Assembly (NCBI GenBank): GCA_012839865.1
Contig: DUMO01000054.1
Location: forward strand, 1 to 64,000
Reading direction: 5' to 3'
Source: Clostridiaceae bacterium
GTDB taxonomy: Bacteria > Bacillota > Clostridia > CAYPLH01 > DUMO01
DNA: 64,000 bases
A program made the translations under genes and the position numbers. The stretch's first letter is position 1. Each line of letters begins with the position of its first letter. The notes under the pieces were generated by a model, which was not told the origin of the DNA, did no database searches, and worked only from the letters and a program-made list of their open reading frames with translations. Of this stretch, positions 9,712 to 19,831 are shown piece by piece.

Positions 9712-10824
9712 TTGCCTTTCAGAAAATTTCAGCAATTGGCTTATCAAGTGAAGGAAATTACCGGACTTGATGCCGGGGTGATGGATATAAACGGTGATAT
9801 ACTGGCCAGCACTATTGTTTCAGAAGCAGGCAAGACCAGCCCTGTTATTCAGCAGATTCTTGAGTCCAGGAAAAAGATCCAGAGCATTGATGGGATGGCT
9901 TATCAGAAGGTTTATATAAAAAATAAAGTGCAGTATATAGTTTTTATTGAGGATAAAGACGAATTTTCTCTCAAGTACCTTGCGCTTATCGCGTTAAACA
10001 TTTCCAATCTGAAAGAGTTCTATGAAGATAAATACGACAAAGCAAGCTTCATGAAAGATGTGGTTTTCGGGAATACCTCACCCGGTGAAATACTTCAAAA
10101 ATCAAAAGAATTGCACATGGACTATCAGGCATATCGTGTAGTATTCATGATTAAAACCAACAAATCAAAAGAGATATTTACCTATGAAGTAGTACAAAGT
10201 TTGTTCCCGAATAAACTTAAGGATTTTGTCCTTGTTGCGGACGAGGAAACCACACTACTGATAAAGGAAGTCAAGTCTGATAAGGATCAGAAGGGCATAT
10301 TGAAGCTTGGACAGGTGATACTGGACACCCTGAACACTGAACTTATGGTGCAGGCATTTATAAGCGTGGGAACCGTTGTTGACAATATTGCAGATGTGAG
10401 GCGTTCTTATCAGGAGGCCCTGACAGCGCTAACAATAGGAAGGATATTTGAAAGAGACAAGACGTTTTATGATTACAGCAACCTTGGCATCGCCAGGTTG
10501 ATTTATGAGCTGCCCAAACCTTTGTGCAGGCTTTTTCTTGAGGAAGTATTCAAGGATAATGCTTTTGAAGGATTCGATACGGAGACAAACCTTACAATTC
10601 AGAAGTTTTTTGACAACAGTCTGAACATAAGCGAGACTTCAAGGCAGCTTTATATACACAGAAATACGTTGGTATACAGGCTTGACAAGATACAGAAAAT
10701 GACTGGCCTTGACTTGAGAAAATTTGACGATGCAATTATCTTAAAGATAAGCATGCTGGTAAAAATGTATCTTGAAAATGATAATGAAAATCTCCACCTG
10801 TCTCCGAAACATATAACGGAGTAG
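9712..10824 (+). CDS. PucR/CdaR-family transcriptional regulator
   Basis: C-terminal NISETSRQLYIHRNTLVYRLDKI HTH; TTG start with GGAGG. Confidence 0.88.
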   Translation: MPFRKFQQLAYQVKEITGLDAGVMDINGDILASTIVSEAGKTSPVIQQILESRKKIQSIDGMAYQKVYIKNKVQYIVFIEDKDEFSLKYLALIALNISNLKEFYEDKYDKASFMKDVVFGNTSPGEILQKSKELHMDYQAYRVVFMIKTNKSKEIFTYEVVQSLFPNKLKDFVLVADEETTLLIKEVKSDKDQKGILKLGQVILDTLNTELMVQAFISVGTVVDNIADVRRSYQEALTALTIGRIFERDKTFYDYSNLGIARLIYELPKPLCRLFLEEVFKDNAFEGFDTETNLTIQKFFDNSLNISETSRQLYIHRNTLVYRLDKIQKMTGLDLRKFDDAIILKISMLVKMYLENDNENLHLSPKHITE

Positions 10825-10883
10825 ACATTGCAGGGGGAAGCAAAACACAAAAGAATAATCAAAATACATAAGGAAGTGTAGAG

Positions 10884-11579
10884 TTGGTAGAGTTTTCAGG
10901 CGTAACCAAAAAGTATGACAATGGCACCCTGGCGTTGTCTGATGTCAGCTTTACGATAAATGACGGTGAATTTGTTTTTATAGTGGGACCCAGTGGGTCA
11001 GGCAAGTCAACAATTATCAAGCTTATGCTGAGGGAAGAGGTTGCAACATCAGGCAAGGTGTGCGTTGACGACCAGGACCTTATGTCAATGGAAAAAGAAA
11101 AGATACCGTATTTTAGAAGAAGACTTGGAGTAGTTTTCCAGGACTTCAGACTGCTGCCCAAAAAAACGGTTTATGAAAATGTAGCTTTTGCAATGGAGAT
11201 TACCGAAGCCTTGCCCAAGGAAATAAGAAGAAGGGTGCCTATGGCTCTTGGATTGGTGGGTTTGAGCCGAAAAGCACCTGTTTATCCGAACCAATTGTCA
11301 GGTGGGGAACAGCAGAGGGTTTCATTGGCAAGAGCCATTGTGAATGACCCTGTTCTGCTGCTTGCCGATGAGCCTACCGGGAACCTGGATCCTGAAATTT
11401 CGTGGGAAATCATGCAACTTCTTGAGTCAATAAATAATCGGGGGACTACCGTTGTGGTGGCAACCCATGATAAAAACATAGTTGACCGGATGCAAAAGAG
11501 AGTTATTGAAATTAATAAAGGCAAAATTATCAGGGATCAGCAGAAAGGACTTTACAGCAATGACACTAAGAACGATTAG
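10884..11579 (+). CDS. ftsE: Cell division ATP-binding protein FtsE
   Basis: GPSGSGKS, GVVFQDFRLL, LSGGEQQRV; overlaps ftsX. Confidence 0.93.
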   Translation: MVEFSGVTKKYDNGTLALSDVSFTINDGEFVFIVGPSGSGKSTIIKLMLREEVATSGKVCVDDQDLMSMEKEKIPYFRRRLGVVFQDFRLLPKKTVYENVAFAMEITEALPKEIRRRVPMALGLVGLSRKAPVYPNQLSGGEQQRVSLARAIVNDPVLLLADEPTGNLDPEISWEIMQLLESINNRGTTVVVATHDKNIVDRMQKRVIEINKGKIIRDQQKGLYSNDTKND

Positions 11580-12459
11580 ATTTATGATAAAGGAAGGCGC
11601 AGTCAATACATATAAGAACAAATTGATGTCCCTTGCGTCAATTTGCATTGTGTCTGCCTCCCTTGTTATATTTGGGATATTTTTTCTGATTTCTCTCAAT
11701 ATATCGGCTAATATGAAGATTTTCGGGGAGCAGCCAGAGGTGGTTGTTTTTTGCGAACCGGATATGGATGAAGCACAGGCATCTTTGGTGGGAGAAAAAA
11801 TATCTGATCTTGACGAAGTCTCTTCTGTCAGGATGGTTACCAGAAAAGAATATTTTGAGACAGTAAAGGAAATGTTTGAAGGCAACACAGGTTTGCTGGA
11901 AAACCTCGACGAGACGTTTTTACCTGTCAAGTTCAATTTGATGCTGGGAGATTATGAAAAATGTGATGATATAGAAGAGAGCCTGAAGAATATTGACGGA
12001 GTCTGGGATGTGCAGTATCCTAAAAAAGTAGTCGAGTTTATCAGAAGTATTTCATATTGGCTGAGATTTTTAAGTATACTTTTAATAATCGTTTTATTAC
12101 TGATAGCGACTTTTATAATGGAGAATACGATAAAATTAACGGTACATGCAAGAGAAAAGGAAATCAGCATAATGCAGTATATTGGTGCTACAGACGGGTA
12201 CATCCGCTGGCCTTTTATCGTGGAAGGGGTAATTATCGGGTTTGCTGGCGCAATTATTGCATATGCATTTGTAGCGTACGGTTATACCATAATTGCAGAC
12301 AGTTTCAACAACGACATTTTACAAATCGGAATTGAGTTTATAAGGCTGATTGATATTCGAGACATTAGTTTTCTTCTTGTACTGTTGTTCATAATGATGG
12401 GTACTTTGGTTGGTGCCATGGGCAGTTGGATGTCCATCAGAAAATACCTTAAGGTGTAA
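11560..12459 (+). CDS. ftsX: Cell division permease FtsX
   Basis: NTIKLTVHAREKEISIMQYIGATDGYIRWPFIVEG motif; four TM segments. Start moved to 11560. Confidence 0.92.
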   Translation: MTLRTIRFMIKEGAVNTYKNKLMSLASICIVSASLVIFGIFFLISLNISANMKIFGEQPEVVVFCEPDMDEAQASLVGEKISDLDEVSSVRMVTRKEYFETVKEMFEGNTGLLENLDETFLPVKFNLMLGDYEKCDDIEESLKNIDGVWDVQYPKKVVEFIRSISYWLRFLSILLIIVLLLIATFIMENTIKLTVHAREKEISIMQYIGATDGYIRWPFIVEGVIIGFAGAIIAYAFVAYGYTIIADSFNNDILQIGIEFIRLIDIRDISFLLVLLFIMMGTLVGAMGSWMSIRKYLKV

Positions 12460-12520
12460 CCTTTTATATAGATATAAAATTGGCAATACAGATTATAATA
12501 TCATGAAAGGTTTGAACAAA

Positions 12521-13648
12521 ATGAAAAAATTCTGTTTTTTGCTAATGGCAATACTTATAATTTTGGTTTCAATCATGCCGGTTTTTGCAAATGAGCTGAC
12601 TGACGCAATTAACAGCAAGGACTCAACCGAGGATAAAATTGAGGACGTGAAAAAAGAGCGGGAAGAAAACCAAAGCAAGTTGAACCAGGCCCAACAGGAG
12701 AAAAAGTACATACTGCATCTTGAAGAAGAAGCAGAAAAAGCTTACAACGAAAAACTTGAAGAAATAAAGATGTATGATGAAGAAATCAGAAAATACGAAG
12801 AATCCATAAATGAAGCCTCTGAAAGATACGAAGAGAAATTGGAGCTTTTCAAATCCAGGTTCAGGGTTATGTGCAAAAACACCATGGTATCTTATTTGCA
12901 AATGCTCATTGAATCAAAGAGTTTTGCAGAATTTTTTGAGAGGCTTCAGGTAATCAAGATTATAGTAAAGAATGACAATGAATTGCTGGAAGAGATGCTT
13001 GCGATTCAAAAGGACTACGAGTTTAAGCAAAATATTATTGCAACCGACAGGCTTGTTGTGCAAAATGAATTAAACGACATTTTGAGGTCCCTTGATTCAA
13101 TTAAAGTTTCAAGAGCTGATATTGACAGCAGGATAGATGATATAAACAGCAAGCTCAACCAATTGGAATGGCAGCTGGATGAACTCAACCGGCAGGCGGA
13201 AGAGCTCAAAGGTACAATTAACAAGCTTATAAAGACAAAGGGGATATATGTGGGTGGCAACATGTCCTGGCCGCTGCCAGCATGCCATACCATTGTATCT
13301 GATTATGGAAACCGCCTGCATCCGATATACAAGGTTTACAAAATGCATACAGGCATTGATATAGACGGAAACTATGGAGACAATATAAAAGCTGCCAACA
13401 CAGGTACGGTGATTCTGGCAGAATGGCAGTCGGGTTATGGAAATACAGTAGTTATAAACCATGGAGGTGGAATCACCACACTTTATGGTCATTGTGAGAA
13501 GCTTCTGGTAAAGGCAGGAGACTTTGTTGAAAAAGGGCAAACTATTGCAAAGGTTGGGAGCACGGGATTATCCACGGGTCCTCATTTGCATTTTGAAGTA
13601 AGGGAAAACGGTCAAACCGTGAATCCTCTAAATTACGTAAGTCCTTAA
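12521..13648 (+). CDS. Secreted coiled-coil M23 peptidase (EnvC/CwlO-like FtsEX partner)
   Basis: Signal peptide, long coiled coil, HTGIDI and STGPHLHFEV M23 motifs. Start moved to 12521. Confidence 0.88.
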   Translation: MKKFCFLLMAILIILVSIMPVFANELTDAINSKDSTEDKIEDVKKEREENQSKLNQAQQEKKYILHLEEEAEKAYNEKLEEIKMYDEEIRKYEESINEASERYEEKLELFKSRFRVMCKNTMVSYLQMLIESKSFAEFFERLQVIKIIVKNDNELLEEMLAIQKDYEFKQNIIATDRLVVQNELNDILRSLDSIKVSRADIDSRIDDINSKLNQLEWQLDELNRQAEELKGTINKLIKTKGIYVGGNMSWPLPACHTIVSDYGNRLHPIYKVYKMHTGIDIDGNYGDNIKAANTGTVILAEWQSGYGNTVVINHGGGITTLYGHCEKLLVKAGDFVEKGQTIAKVGSTGLSTGPHLHFEVRENGQTVNPLNYVSP

Positions 13649-13707
13649 CTAAAAGTCTGACATTGCACAAAAATAGTGATATATGACTGTAATGCCTGCA
13701 TTATTTT

Positions 13708-13737
13708 AAAACCCGGAATTTACTCCGGGTTTATTTG
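13708..13737 (+). terminator. Probable terminator
   Basis: AAACCCGGA/TCCGGGTTT stem followed by ATTTG. Confidence 0.55.
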
Positions 13738-13774
13738 TTTGGACATGGGCATATGATATAATAGCAAGGAAGGG

Positions 13775-15019
13775 GTGTTTAGTTTGAATAAAAAACGCAG
13801 GCAAATATTAGGCATAATAATTTTAATGGTTGTCACATCAGTGGTTACCTTTGCAGCAACAACCTCTGTAATTTTCGGGTGGGATTTTTTGAGGCCTCAG
13901 ACTGCAATATACTTTAATCCGAAGGAAATCAACCCTGAAAACATAGCCAAGTTTAACCGGGTTCGAAGCATATTGAAGAATTCGTTTTATGAGTCGGTGG
14001 ACGAGGATGTATTACTGGAAGGCGCCATATCGGGAATGGCAGATTCCCTTAAAGATCCTTATACAGTGTACCTGACCAGAGAACAGATGAGCGACTTTAT
14101 GGAAAAATCCAAGGGAAGCTTTTATGGTATCGGTGTCCTGGTGACAATGGACAAAGACGGCTTGTTGACCGTTGTGGAAACATACGAGGATACACCGGCA
14201 AAAAAGGCGGGCATAATGCACGGCGATAAAATAACCAAGGTTGATGGCGAGGATGTTACCGTAATTAAGGATATAAACGTAATAGTAAGCAAAATTAAAG
14301 GAGAAAAGGGAACAAAGGTAAAATTAACCGTATACCGTTCATCTGAGAATAGATTTATTGATTTCGAAATAATCAGGGACAAGATAAAAAGTACCAATAT
14401 TGAAAGCAAGGTATTGGAAAATGATATCGGATATATAAGGCTAATTGAGTTTGACAGTGAGATAGCTGCATACTTTAATGAGCATCTTGACAAGCTTTTG
14501 GGAAATGGCATAAAAGGTTTGATTATTGATGTCAGAAACAACCCGGGCGGATCATATGACCAGGTTATCAAGGTGGCGGACAGACTGCTTCCGGAAGGTG
14601 TTATTGTATCAGTGAAGGACAGATATGGAGAAGAGGTTTTTGAAAAATCCGATGCAAGAGAACTGGATATGCCGATTGTGGTTTTAGTAAACGGCAACAG
14701 TGCCAGTGCTTCGGAGATTTTGGCCGGGTCCATCAAGGACCATAATAAAGGTATTCTGGTGGGAACAAGAACCTTTGGCAAGGGGCTGGTTCAAAGCCTT
14801 ATAGAACTGGAGGACGGTTCCGGGATAAAGGTGACCATAGCCAGGTATTATACTCCATCCGGAGTATGTATTCATGGACTGGGAATTGACCCCGATGTAG
14901 AGGTGGAATTGCCGGAAGAATACAGGAACATTCATATAACCCAGATACCTGAAGGCCAGGATGTTCAGATGGAAAAAGCAATAAGTATCGTACGTGAAGA
15001 GATAGAAAAGCGGCAATGA
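13775..15019 (+). CDS. ctpA: S41 carboxy-terminal processing protease with PDZ domain
   Basis: GIGV PDZ motif, DVRNNPGG, SASASEILAG, GTRTFGKG. Confidence 0.92.
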   Translation: MFSLNKKRRQILGIIILMVVTSVVTFAATTSVIFGWDFLRPQTAIYFNPKEINPENIAKFNRVRSILKNSFYESVDEDVLLEGAISGMADSLKDPYTVYLTREQMSDFMEKSKGSFYGIGVLVTMDKDGLLTVVETYEDTPAKKAGIMHGDKITKVDGEDVTVIKDINVIVSKIKGEKGTKVKLTVYRSSENRFIDFEIIRDKIKSTNIESKVLENDIGYIRLIEFDSEIAAYFNEHLDKLLGNGIKGLIIDVRNNPGGSYDQVIKVADRLLPEGVIVSVKDRYGEEVFEKSDARELDMPIVVLVNGNSASASEILAGSIKDHNKGILVGTRTFGKGLVQSLIELEDGSGIKVTIARYYTPSGVCIHGLGIDPDVEVELPEEYRNIHITQIPEGQDVQMEKAISIVREEIEKRQ

Positions 15020-15108
15020 AATAATGCAGGGTTAATACCTCCTAAATATGGCAACAATTAATGTATACCATATTAAATGTGCTTATTTTCGAGCCTAGGA
15101 GGGAAAGC

Positions 15109-15282
15109 ATGGCAGATGTCAATGAAAAGTTGAAATATGAAATTGCTGCTGAACTTGGTCTGTCTGAAAAGGTAAAAAAATATGGGTGGAAAAGCCTGAC
15201 ACCCAAGGAAACCGGGCGAATTGGCGGGTTGATTACAAAAAGGAAAAAGCTTATGGAAGAGCAAAAAAGCCGGCAAAATTAG
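15109..15282 (+). CDS. Small acid-soluble spore protein, alpha/beta-type (SspF-like)
   Basis: KYEIAAELGL...GWKSLTPKETGRIGG; GGAGG RBS before the ATG at 15109. Confidence 0.8.
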   Translation: MADVNEKLKYEIAAELGLSEKVKKYGWKSLTPKETGRIGGLITKRKKLMEEQKSRQN

Positions 15283-15465
15283 AGCCGGCTTTAATGCAGT
15301 GTAACAGAGCAATGTTCGCAGGAGTTGACATGCGGCCGTTGGCTCTACTGATTCCAGGACTCAATGCGTATTGGAGCATTGCCTGCCTTCAGTTTAAACA
15401 TTGTTATAAAACAAAGGGGCTGTCAGGCTGCCTGAAAGTTAAAAAAATACGGGAATGAAGTCAAA

Positions 15466-16224
15466 ATGTATGATAATTTTGCCTATATATACGACAGGTT
15501 AATGAACGATGTTGATTACTCCAATCTGGCAGGTTATATTGAGAGTATTTTTAGAAGGTATGATCTGAAACCCGGGCTTGTTCTTGATTTAGGGTGCGGC
15601 ACCGGCAGCCTGTGCATCGAGTTGTCCAAAAAAGGATATGAAATGATAGGTATTGATTTATCTTTGGACATGCTTGCCTGTGCGCGTCAAAAAGCACTGG
15701 AATGCGAAGAGGATATTCTCTTTTTAAATCAGGACATAACAAATTTTGAGTTGTATGGCACCGTGGGCGCAGTAGTAAGCCTGATGGATACCATCAACTA
15801 TATAACCAACAAACGCTCTTTGGAAAGAACCTTCAAGTTGGTTAAGAATTATCTGGACCCCGGAGGTATTTTTATTTTTGATATAAATACAGCCTATAAG
15901 TTTGAAAATGTGCTGGCGGACAATGTTTTTTACGATATTGGCGATGACGTTTCATATATATGGAAGAATGCGTACAACAGGAAGAGTAAAATCTGCCGGT
16001 TTGACCTGACCTTTTTTGTCAGGGAAGGCGGGCTGTACAGGAAATTTGATGAGGTACATTCTGAACGCTGCTATTCCATTGATGAGTTGAAGGAAATGAT
16101 TGCGGCTTCAGGACTTGATGTCCTTGATGTTTTTGATGACAAAACATTCAATGCTCCAAAGAAGAATAGCGAAAGAGTATTTTTCATATGCAGGAAGGGT
16201 ATTGATGAAGGCCGGGGGGAATAG
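15466..16224 (+). CDS. Class I SAM-dependent methyltransferase
   Basis: VLDLGCGTG motif I; YqeM-like length and sequence. Confidence 0.88.
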   Translation: MYDNFAYIYDRLMNDVDYSNLAGYIESIFRRYDLKPGLVLDLGCGTGSLCIELSKKGYEMIGIDLSLDMLACARQKALECEEDILFLNQDITNFELYGTVGAVVSLMDTINYITNKRSLERTFKLVKNYLDPGGIFIFDINTAYKFENVLADNVFYDIGDDVSYIWKNAYNRKSKICRFDLTFFVREGGLYRKFDEVHSERCYSIDELKEMIAASGLDVLDVFDDKTFNAPKKNSERVFFICRKGIDEGRGE

Positions 16225-16435
16225 AGTACTCTTTTTTTTTACACATTGTCTTGAATTATTTGCTGAAGGAAGGGAATTGTACTGTAGAAGCAGGTAAGTG
16301 TGTTAGCGTACTGAAAAAGCCGGTAATATGCGAAAAAACAGGAAGCATGCTAAAAAGAAGCGGGGAAGCCGGACTGCTTTGTACAGTTTGGAAATGTCAG
16401 GTTTTTTCAAAAAGCAGGGGGGGGAACAGGATACC

Positions 16436-16789
16436 ATGGGTTTATTTGAAGAGGTATACGAAGTTGTAAAGAAAATACCGGAAGGAAAGGTTGCAACGTA
16501 TGGGCAGATCGCCAAAATTATTAAAAGGCCCCGTTCTGCAAAAATTGTAGGATGGGCTCTGCACTCCAATCCTTATCCGGGAATAGTTCCCTGTCACAGG
16601 GTTGTAAACAGAAACGGGGAATTAAGCGGTGGCTTTGCTTTTGGGGGTAAAGAAATTCAAAGAAAAATGCTTGAAAATGAAAGAATAAAATTCGAAGAAG
16701 ATGGGATAATAAATCTGAAAAAATATTTATGGAATCCTGAAACAGATAATAACCAAAATGAGTACGTTGACATAAAATCACATGTGTGA
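16436..16789 (+). CDS. MGMT/Ogt-family DNA alkyltransferase
   Basis: IPEGKVATYGQIA and PCHRVV with the active-site Cys. Start moved to 16436. Confidence 0.85.
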   Translation: MGLFEEVYEVVKKIPEGKVATYGQIAKIIKRPRSAKIVGWALHSNPYPGIVPCHRVVNRNGELSGGFAFGGKEIQRKMLENERIKFEEDGIINLKKYLWNPETDNNQNEYVDIKSHV

Positions 16790-16795
16790 TAAACT
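16767..16795 (+). promoter_or_regulatory. sigmaA promoter of the cold-shock gene
   Basis: TTGACA-17-TAAACT with TG extension, embedded in the end of the MGMT gene. Confidence 0.7.
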
Positions 16796-16863
16796 TAGCT
16801 GGTATTGACTGTGACATGTTGATTTGACAAGTCAAGTATTTTTTAGTCTTAGGAGGATTTTCA

Positions 16864-17064
16864 ATGGAAAGAGGAAAAGTTAAATGGTTTAATGCTGAAA
16901 AGGGCTTTGGTTTTATTGAAAGAGAAGGCGGAAGTGACGTTTTCGTTCATTTTTCAGCAATAAACATGGAAGGTTACAAAACTTTGGAAGAAGGAACAAA
17001 TGTAGAGTTTGAAGTTGTTGAAGGAGAAAAAGGACCCCAGGCAGTAAATGTTATCCGAGTTTAA
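16864..17064 (+). CDS. cspA: Cold-shock protein
   Basis: [15 protein letters not shown] (RNP1) and DVFVHFSAI (RNP2); 66 aa. Confidence 0.95.
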   Translation: MERGKVKWFNAEKGFGFIEREGGSDVFVHFSAINMEGYKTLEEGTNVEFEVVEGEKGPQAVNVIRV

Positions 17065-17093
17065 TTTGAATTCAATATAAACTTCGCCAATTG

Positions 17094-17124
17094 CCCCGAT
17101 TATCCTGGATAGTCGGGGTTTCTC
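17094..17124 (+). terminator. Terminator after csp
   Basis: CCCCGATTATCC/GGATAGTCGGGG stem followed by TTTCTC. Confidence 0.7.
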
Positions 17125-17450
17125 AATTTCATGGGATGTTAAAAAATTTATCCGGGAAATAAGGCAGCTTTTTTGGACTGGTGAAGATTGTTGCAACCTG
17201 CCTTATGCTGCTTAATCATACAAGAAGCATTAATGCTGTATCGGGAGGGCTTGTATTTGCTGCAATTTATCTGCTGTTCAAAAAGAAAATTTTTTCGCTG
17301 CTGGAACAGCAGATATGACATGTACAGTGGGAAAATGTCGGCAGGGCATCCTGAAACAACGTATACTGGCGGGATTGAGAGCAACATGAAGCTTTTATGA
17401 GCTGTATCAAGCAATATTAATTTAATATTTTAAAAAAGAAGAATTTGTTA

Positions 17451-17479
17451 TTGACTTTGAGATTTTATTTTTGTATACT
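17451..17479 (+). promoter_or_regulatory. sigmaA promoter of the tRNA operon
   Basis: TTGACT-17-TATACT with an A-rich UP element. Confidence 0.8.
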
Positions 17480-17511
17480 ATTAAATGTTCGTACCGGAAA
17501 GAACAATAGAA

Positions 17512-17587
17512 GGGCGCTTAGCTCAGCTGGGAGAGCACCTGCCTTACAAGCAGGGGGTCATAGGTTCGATCCCTATAGTGCCCACCA
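17512..17587 (+). tRNA. tRNA-Val(TAC)
   Basis: Cloverleaf; anticodon arm CCTGC-CT-TAC-AA-GCAGG; encoded CCA. Confidence 0.96.
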
Positions 17588-17595
17588 TTTAAAAT

Positions 17596-17673
17596 GGCCC
17601 GGTAGTTCAGTCGGTTTAGAATGCCAGCCTGTCACGCTGGAGGTCGAGGGTTCGAGCCCCTTCCGGGTCGCCA
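17596..17673 (+). tRNA. tRNA-Asp(GTC)
   Basis: Anticodon arm CCAGC-CT-GTC-AC-GCTGG; GGTTCGA T-loop; CCA. Confidence 0.96.
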
Positions 17674-17726
17674 TTTTTAATCTTAAATATATAGTGTGGG
17701 AGCTCGGTAGAATCCGGTATCCACAA

Positions 17727-17802
17727 GCCCAGATAGCTCAGTTGGTAGAGCAGTGGACTGAAAATCCTCGTGTGGCTGGTTCGATTCCGGCTCTGGGCAC
17801 CA
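17727..17802 (+). tRNA. tRNA-Phe(GAA)
   Basis: Acceptor GCCCAGA/TCTGGGC, loop CT-GAA-AA, CCA; one anticodon-stem mismatch. Confidence 0.92.
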
Positions 17803-17806
17803 AAAT

Positions 17807-17881
17807 GCGGGTTTAACTCAGCGGTAGAGTGTCACCTTGCCAAGGTGAAAGTCGCGAGTTCAAATCTCGTAACCCGCTCCA
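17807..17881 (+). tRNA. tRNA-Gly(GCC)
   Basis: Anticodon arm TCACC-TT-GCC-AA-GGTGA; CCA. Confidence 0.96.
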
Positions 17882-17885
17882 ATAG

Positions 17886-17921
17886 AAAAAGACTGTTGGC
17901 TTTCTGCTAACAGTCGTTTTT
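17886..17921 (+). terminator. Terminator-like hairpin inside the tRNA operon, before tRNA-Cys
   Basis: GACTGTTGGC-TTTCT-GCTAACAGTC followed by GTTTTT. Confidence 0.6.
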
Positions 17922-17996
<75 letters not shown>

Positions 17997-18002
17997 AATA
18001 AG

Positions 18003-18043
18003 AACCTCAACTTTAATACAATAGTATTGGAGTTGGGGTTTTT
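18003..18043 (+). terminator. Terminator of the tRNA operon
   Basis: AACCTCAACTTTAATAC/GTATTGGAGTTGGGGTT stem followed by TTT. Confidence 0.7.
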
Positions 18044-18183
18044 GCTATTTGTGGTGGAGTTGGCACGTTCTTTTTTCTTCACCGAAATTGTGATGTGAAA
18101 ATTCCGGCGCACTCAAAGTAGCAGATAATTCGATATAAACATATTATGTAGCATAGTCTGAATATTTTTTAGGAGGTATAGAC

Positions 18184-19110
18184 ATGCTTACAAGCTTCGA
18201 TTTTGTGCGCCAGTCACTTGATATACATTTGTTCTTTGCAAGAATAATGAAGGAGCACTCGTTTTTTCTTGAAGCAGGATTTACACCAAAGGATGCAAAC
18301 TTTACCCAACAGGCAGATATGTTCAGGAGAGAGTTTGACAAGCTTCTTGCTGAAGTTGTATCAATTTCCAACGGTGTTGCAAGCCCGGAGGTGCTTCAGT
18401 CAGGGGAGGTAATAACTCCCTTCACACAGAAGGCTGAAATGGCAACCACTTTTTTTACAGGGGTACAGATACCCACCGGCATTACACAGGCGGAAGCAGC
18501 ATTAAGGGGCGGAGGAATGACGGTAATCAATCCAGGACTGGAGCAGAGGGTTTTTGCGCTTAATCAGGCGGCCATACGGCTGATTGCCGATTTAATCAGG
18601 TTTAAGGAAACAATTTTATCTAATGTATTGTCATGTAAAATGTTTACGGTAAATTATCCGCTGCTAATTCTCCATATCATCCGTGAGGCAAAATTATATC
18701 TTGAAACGATACAGAGGCTTCAGCGAAGAATGCCCATTAATCTTGAGAAGGAAGCCCGGGAGCAGGTATTTTTCTGGAACAGGCAAATGGCGGAACATGC
18801 GAAGTTCATTAGGGGATTGCTTGATCCTACGGAAAATGAATTAATCAGTAAAGCCAACGATTTCGGAAATGAATTTGACCAGCTCACTGCCAAGGCAAAA
18901 GCTGCCATGGATTCGACAGCACAGCTGGCAAAAGTTACAGATGCCAGTTTGAAGGCAACCAGGGACTTGAGGGATTTCAAAGCCCAGGGCACAGAGGGAA
19001 TACTGGCATGCAAAATCAGATCAATCATTATTCCTCTGCTGGGTGACCACGTGCTGCGCGAAGCGAACCATTTTATAAGACTGCTGAGAAGCTTTGAAAG
19101 GAAGGCATGA
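18184..19110 (+). CDS. DUF2935 domain-containing protein (two copies of the domain)
   Basis: Repeated FFARIMKEHSFF / FWNRQMAEHAKFI and LLILHIIREA / LLGDHVLREA blocks. Confidence 0.8.
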   Translation: MLTSFDFVRQSLDIHLFFARIMKEHSFFLEAGFTPKDANFTQQADMFRREFDKLLAEVVSISNGVASPEVLQSGEVITPFTQKAEMATTFFTGVQIPTGITQAEAALRGGGMTVINPGLEQRVFALNQAAIRLIADLIRFKETILSNVLSCKMFTVNYPLLILHIIREAKLYLETIQRLQRRMPINLEKEAREQVFFWNRQMAEHAKFIRGLLDPTENELISKANDFGNEFDQLTAKAKAAMDSTAQLAKVTDASLKATRDLRDFKAQGTEGILACKIRSIIIPLLGDHVLREANHFIRLLRSFERKA

Positions 19111-19203
19111 GGACTCTCCAGGATTTATGGATAAAATAACAGGGAAATATTATATAATTCATTCATAATCCATAAATCTTTTCTTGTGTAAAGAGGGTTT
19201 TGC

Positions 19204-19779
19204 ATGCTTGGGGGTAAAAAAAAGAAGACTCACAGGAATGGCTCATCTTCAGAAGAAGCTTATAAATTGCTTCAAATGCGGTTGGAATCTGCAACGCAAT
19301 TGGGTTTTTTGAAAGTGATTTCATTTACCAGTGTGGAACAATGCGAAGAGAAGTGGGCATATGTAAGCAGCATAGCAAAAATTATTGCCCGGGAAGGCAG
19401 GAAGATTCTTGTCGTTGACTGTAATATTGATAATTTCAGAATAAAGAAATATTTTGGAATGGAGTTGGAAGGCATACTGGATGAATTAATTCAGCATAAC
19501 GGCAAGAATATATTTGAAGCATCCGGGACGCCAAATCTGCATTTTATCCCCAAAGGCCTGGGACTAAGCGATTTGGACGGAAACCTTGATTTTGAGAAAA
19601 TAGTAAAATTGATTGAAAAAGCAAGAGAAGAATATGATCTTATATTAATTGACTCTCCGATAAAATCCCATACTCTTAATATTATTAATATCGAAGCGGA
19701 AAAGAAACAGGGCAATGAGGCAAAATCCGGCAAGGACAATTGGCAGCCCCCTGACCCCCTTAACAAAAACACAACCTGA
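19204..19779 (+). CDS. Degenerate CpsD/CapB-like (BY-kinase fold) protein
   Basis: EAYKLLQMRL...VISFTS...KILVVDC...YDLILIDSP aligns with CpsD, but the Walker A reads SVEQCEEKW. Confidence 0.6.
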   Translation: MLGGKKKKTHRNGSSSEEAYKLLQMRLESATQLGFLKVISFTSVEQCEEKWAYVSSIAKIIAREGRKILVVDCNIDNFRIKKYFGMELEGILDELIQHNGKNIFEASGTPNLHFIPKGLGLSDLDGNLDFEKIVKLIEKAREEYDLILIDSPIKSHTLNIINIEAEKKQGNEAKSGKDNWQPPDPLNKNTT

Positions 19780-19831
19780 GGAAGTCAACGAAAGATGGCT
19801 GCAGCAGCATTTTGGCATAATGGTTTATATC

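Noticed and set aside
15186..15458. Short ORFs in intergenic gaps (also 5314-5523, 17148-17414, 17188-17400, 19715-19912, 58518-58724)
   Set aside because: No RBS or motifs; several overlap real RNA elements or terminators.
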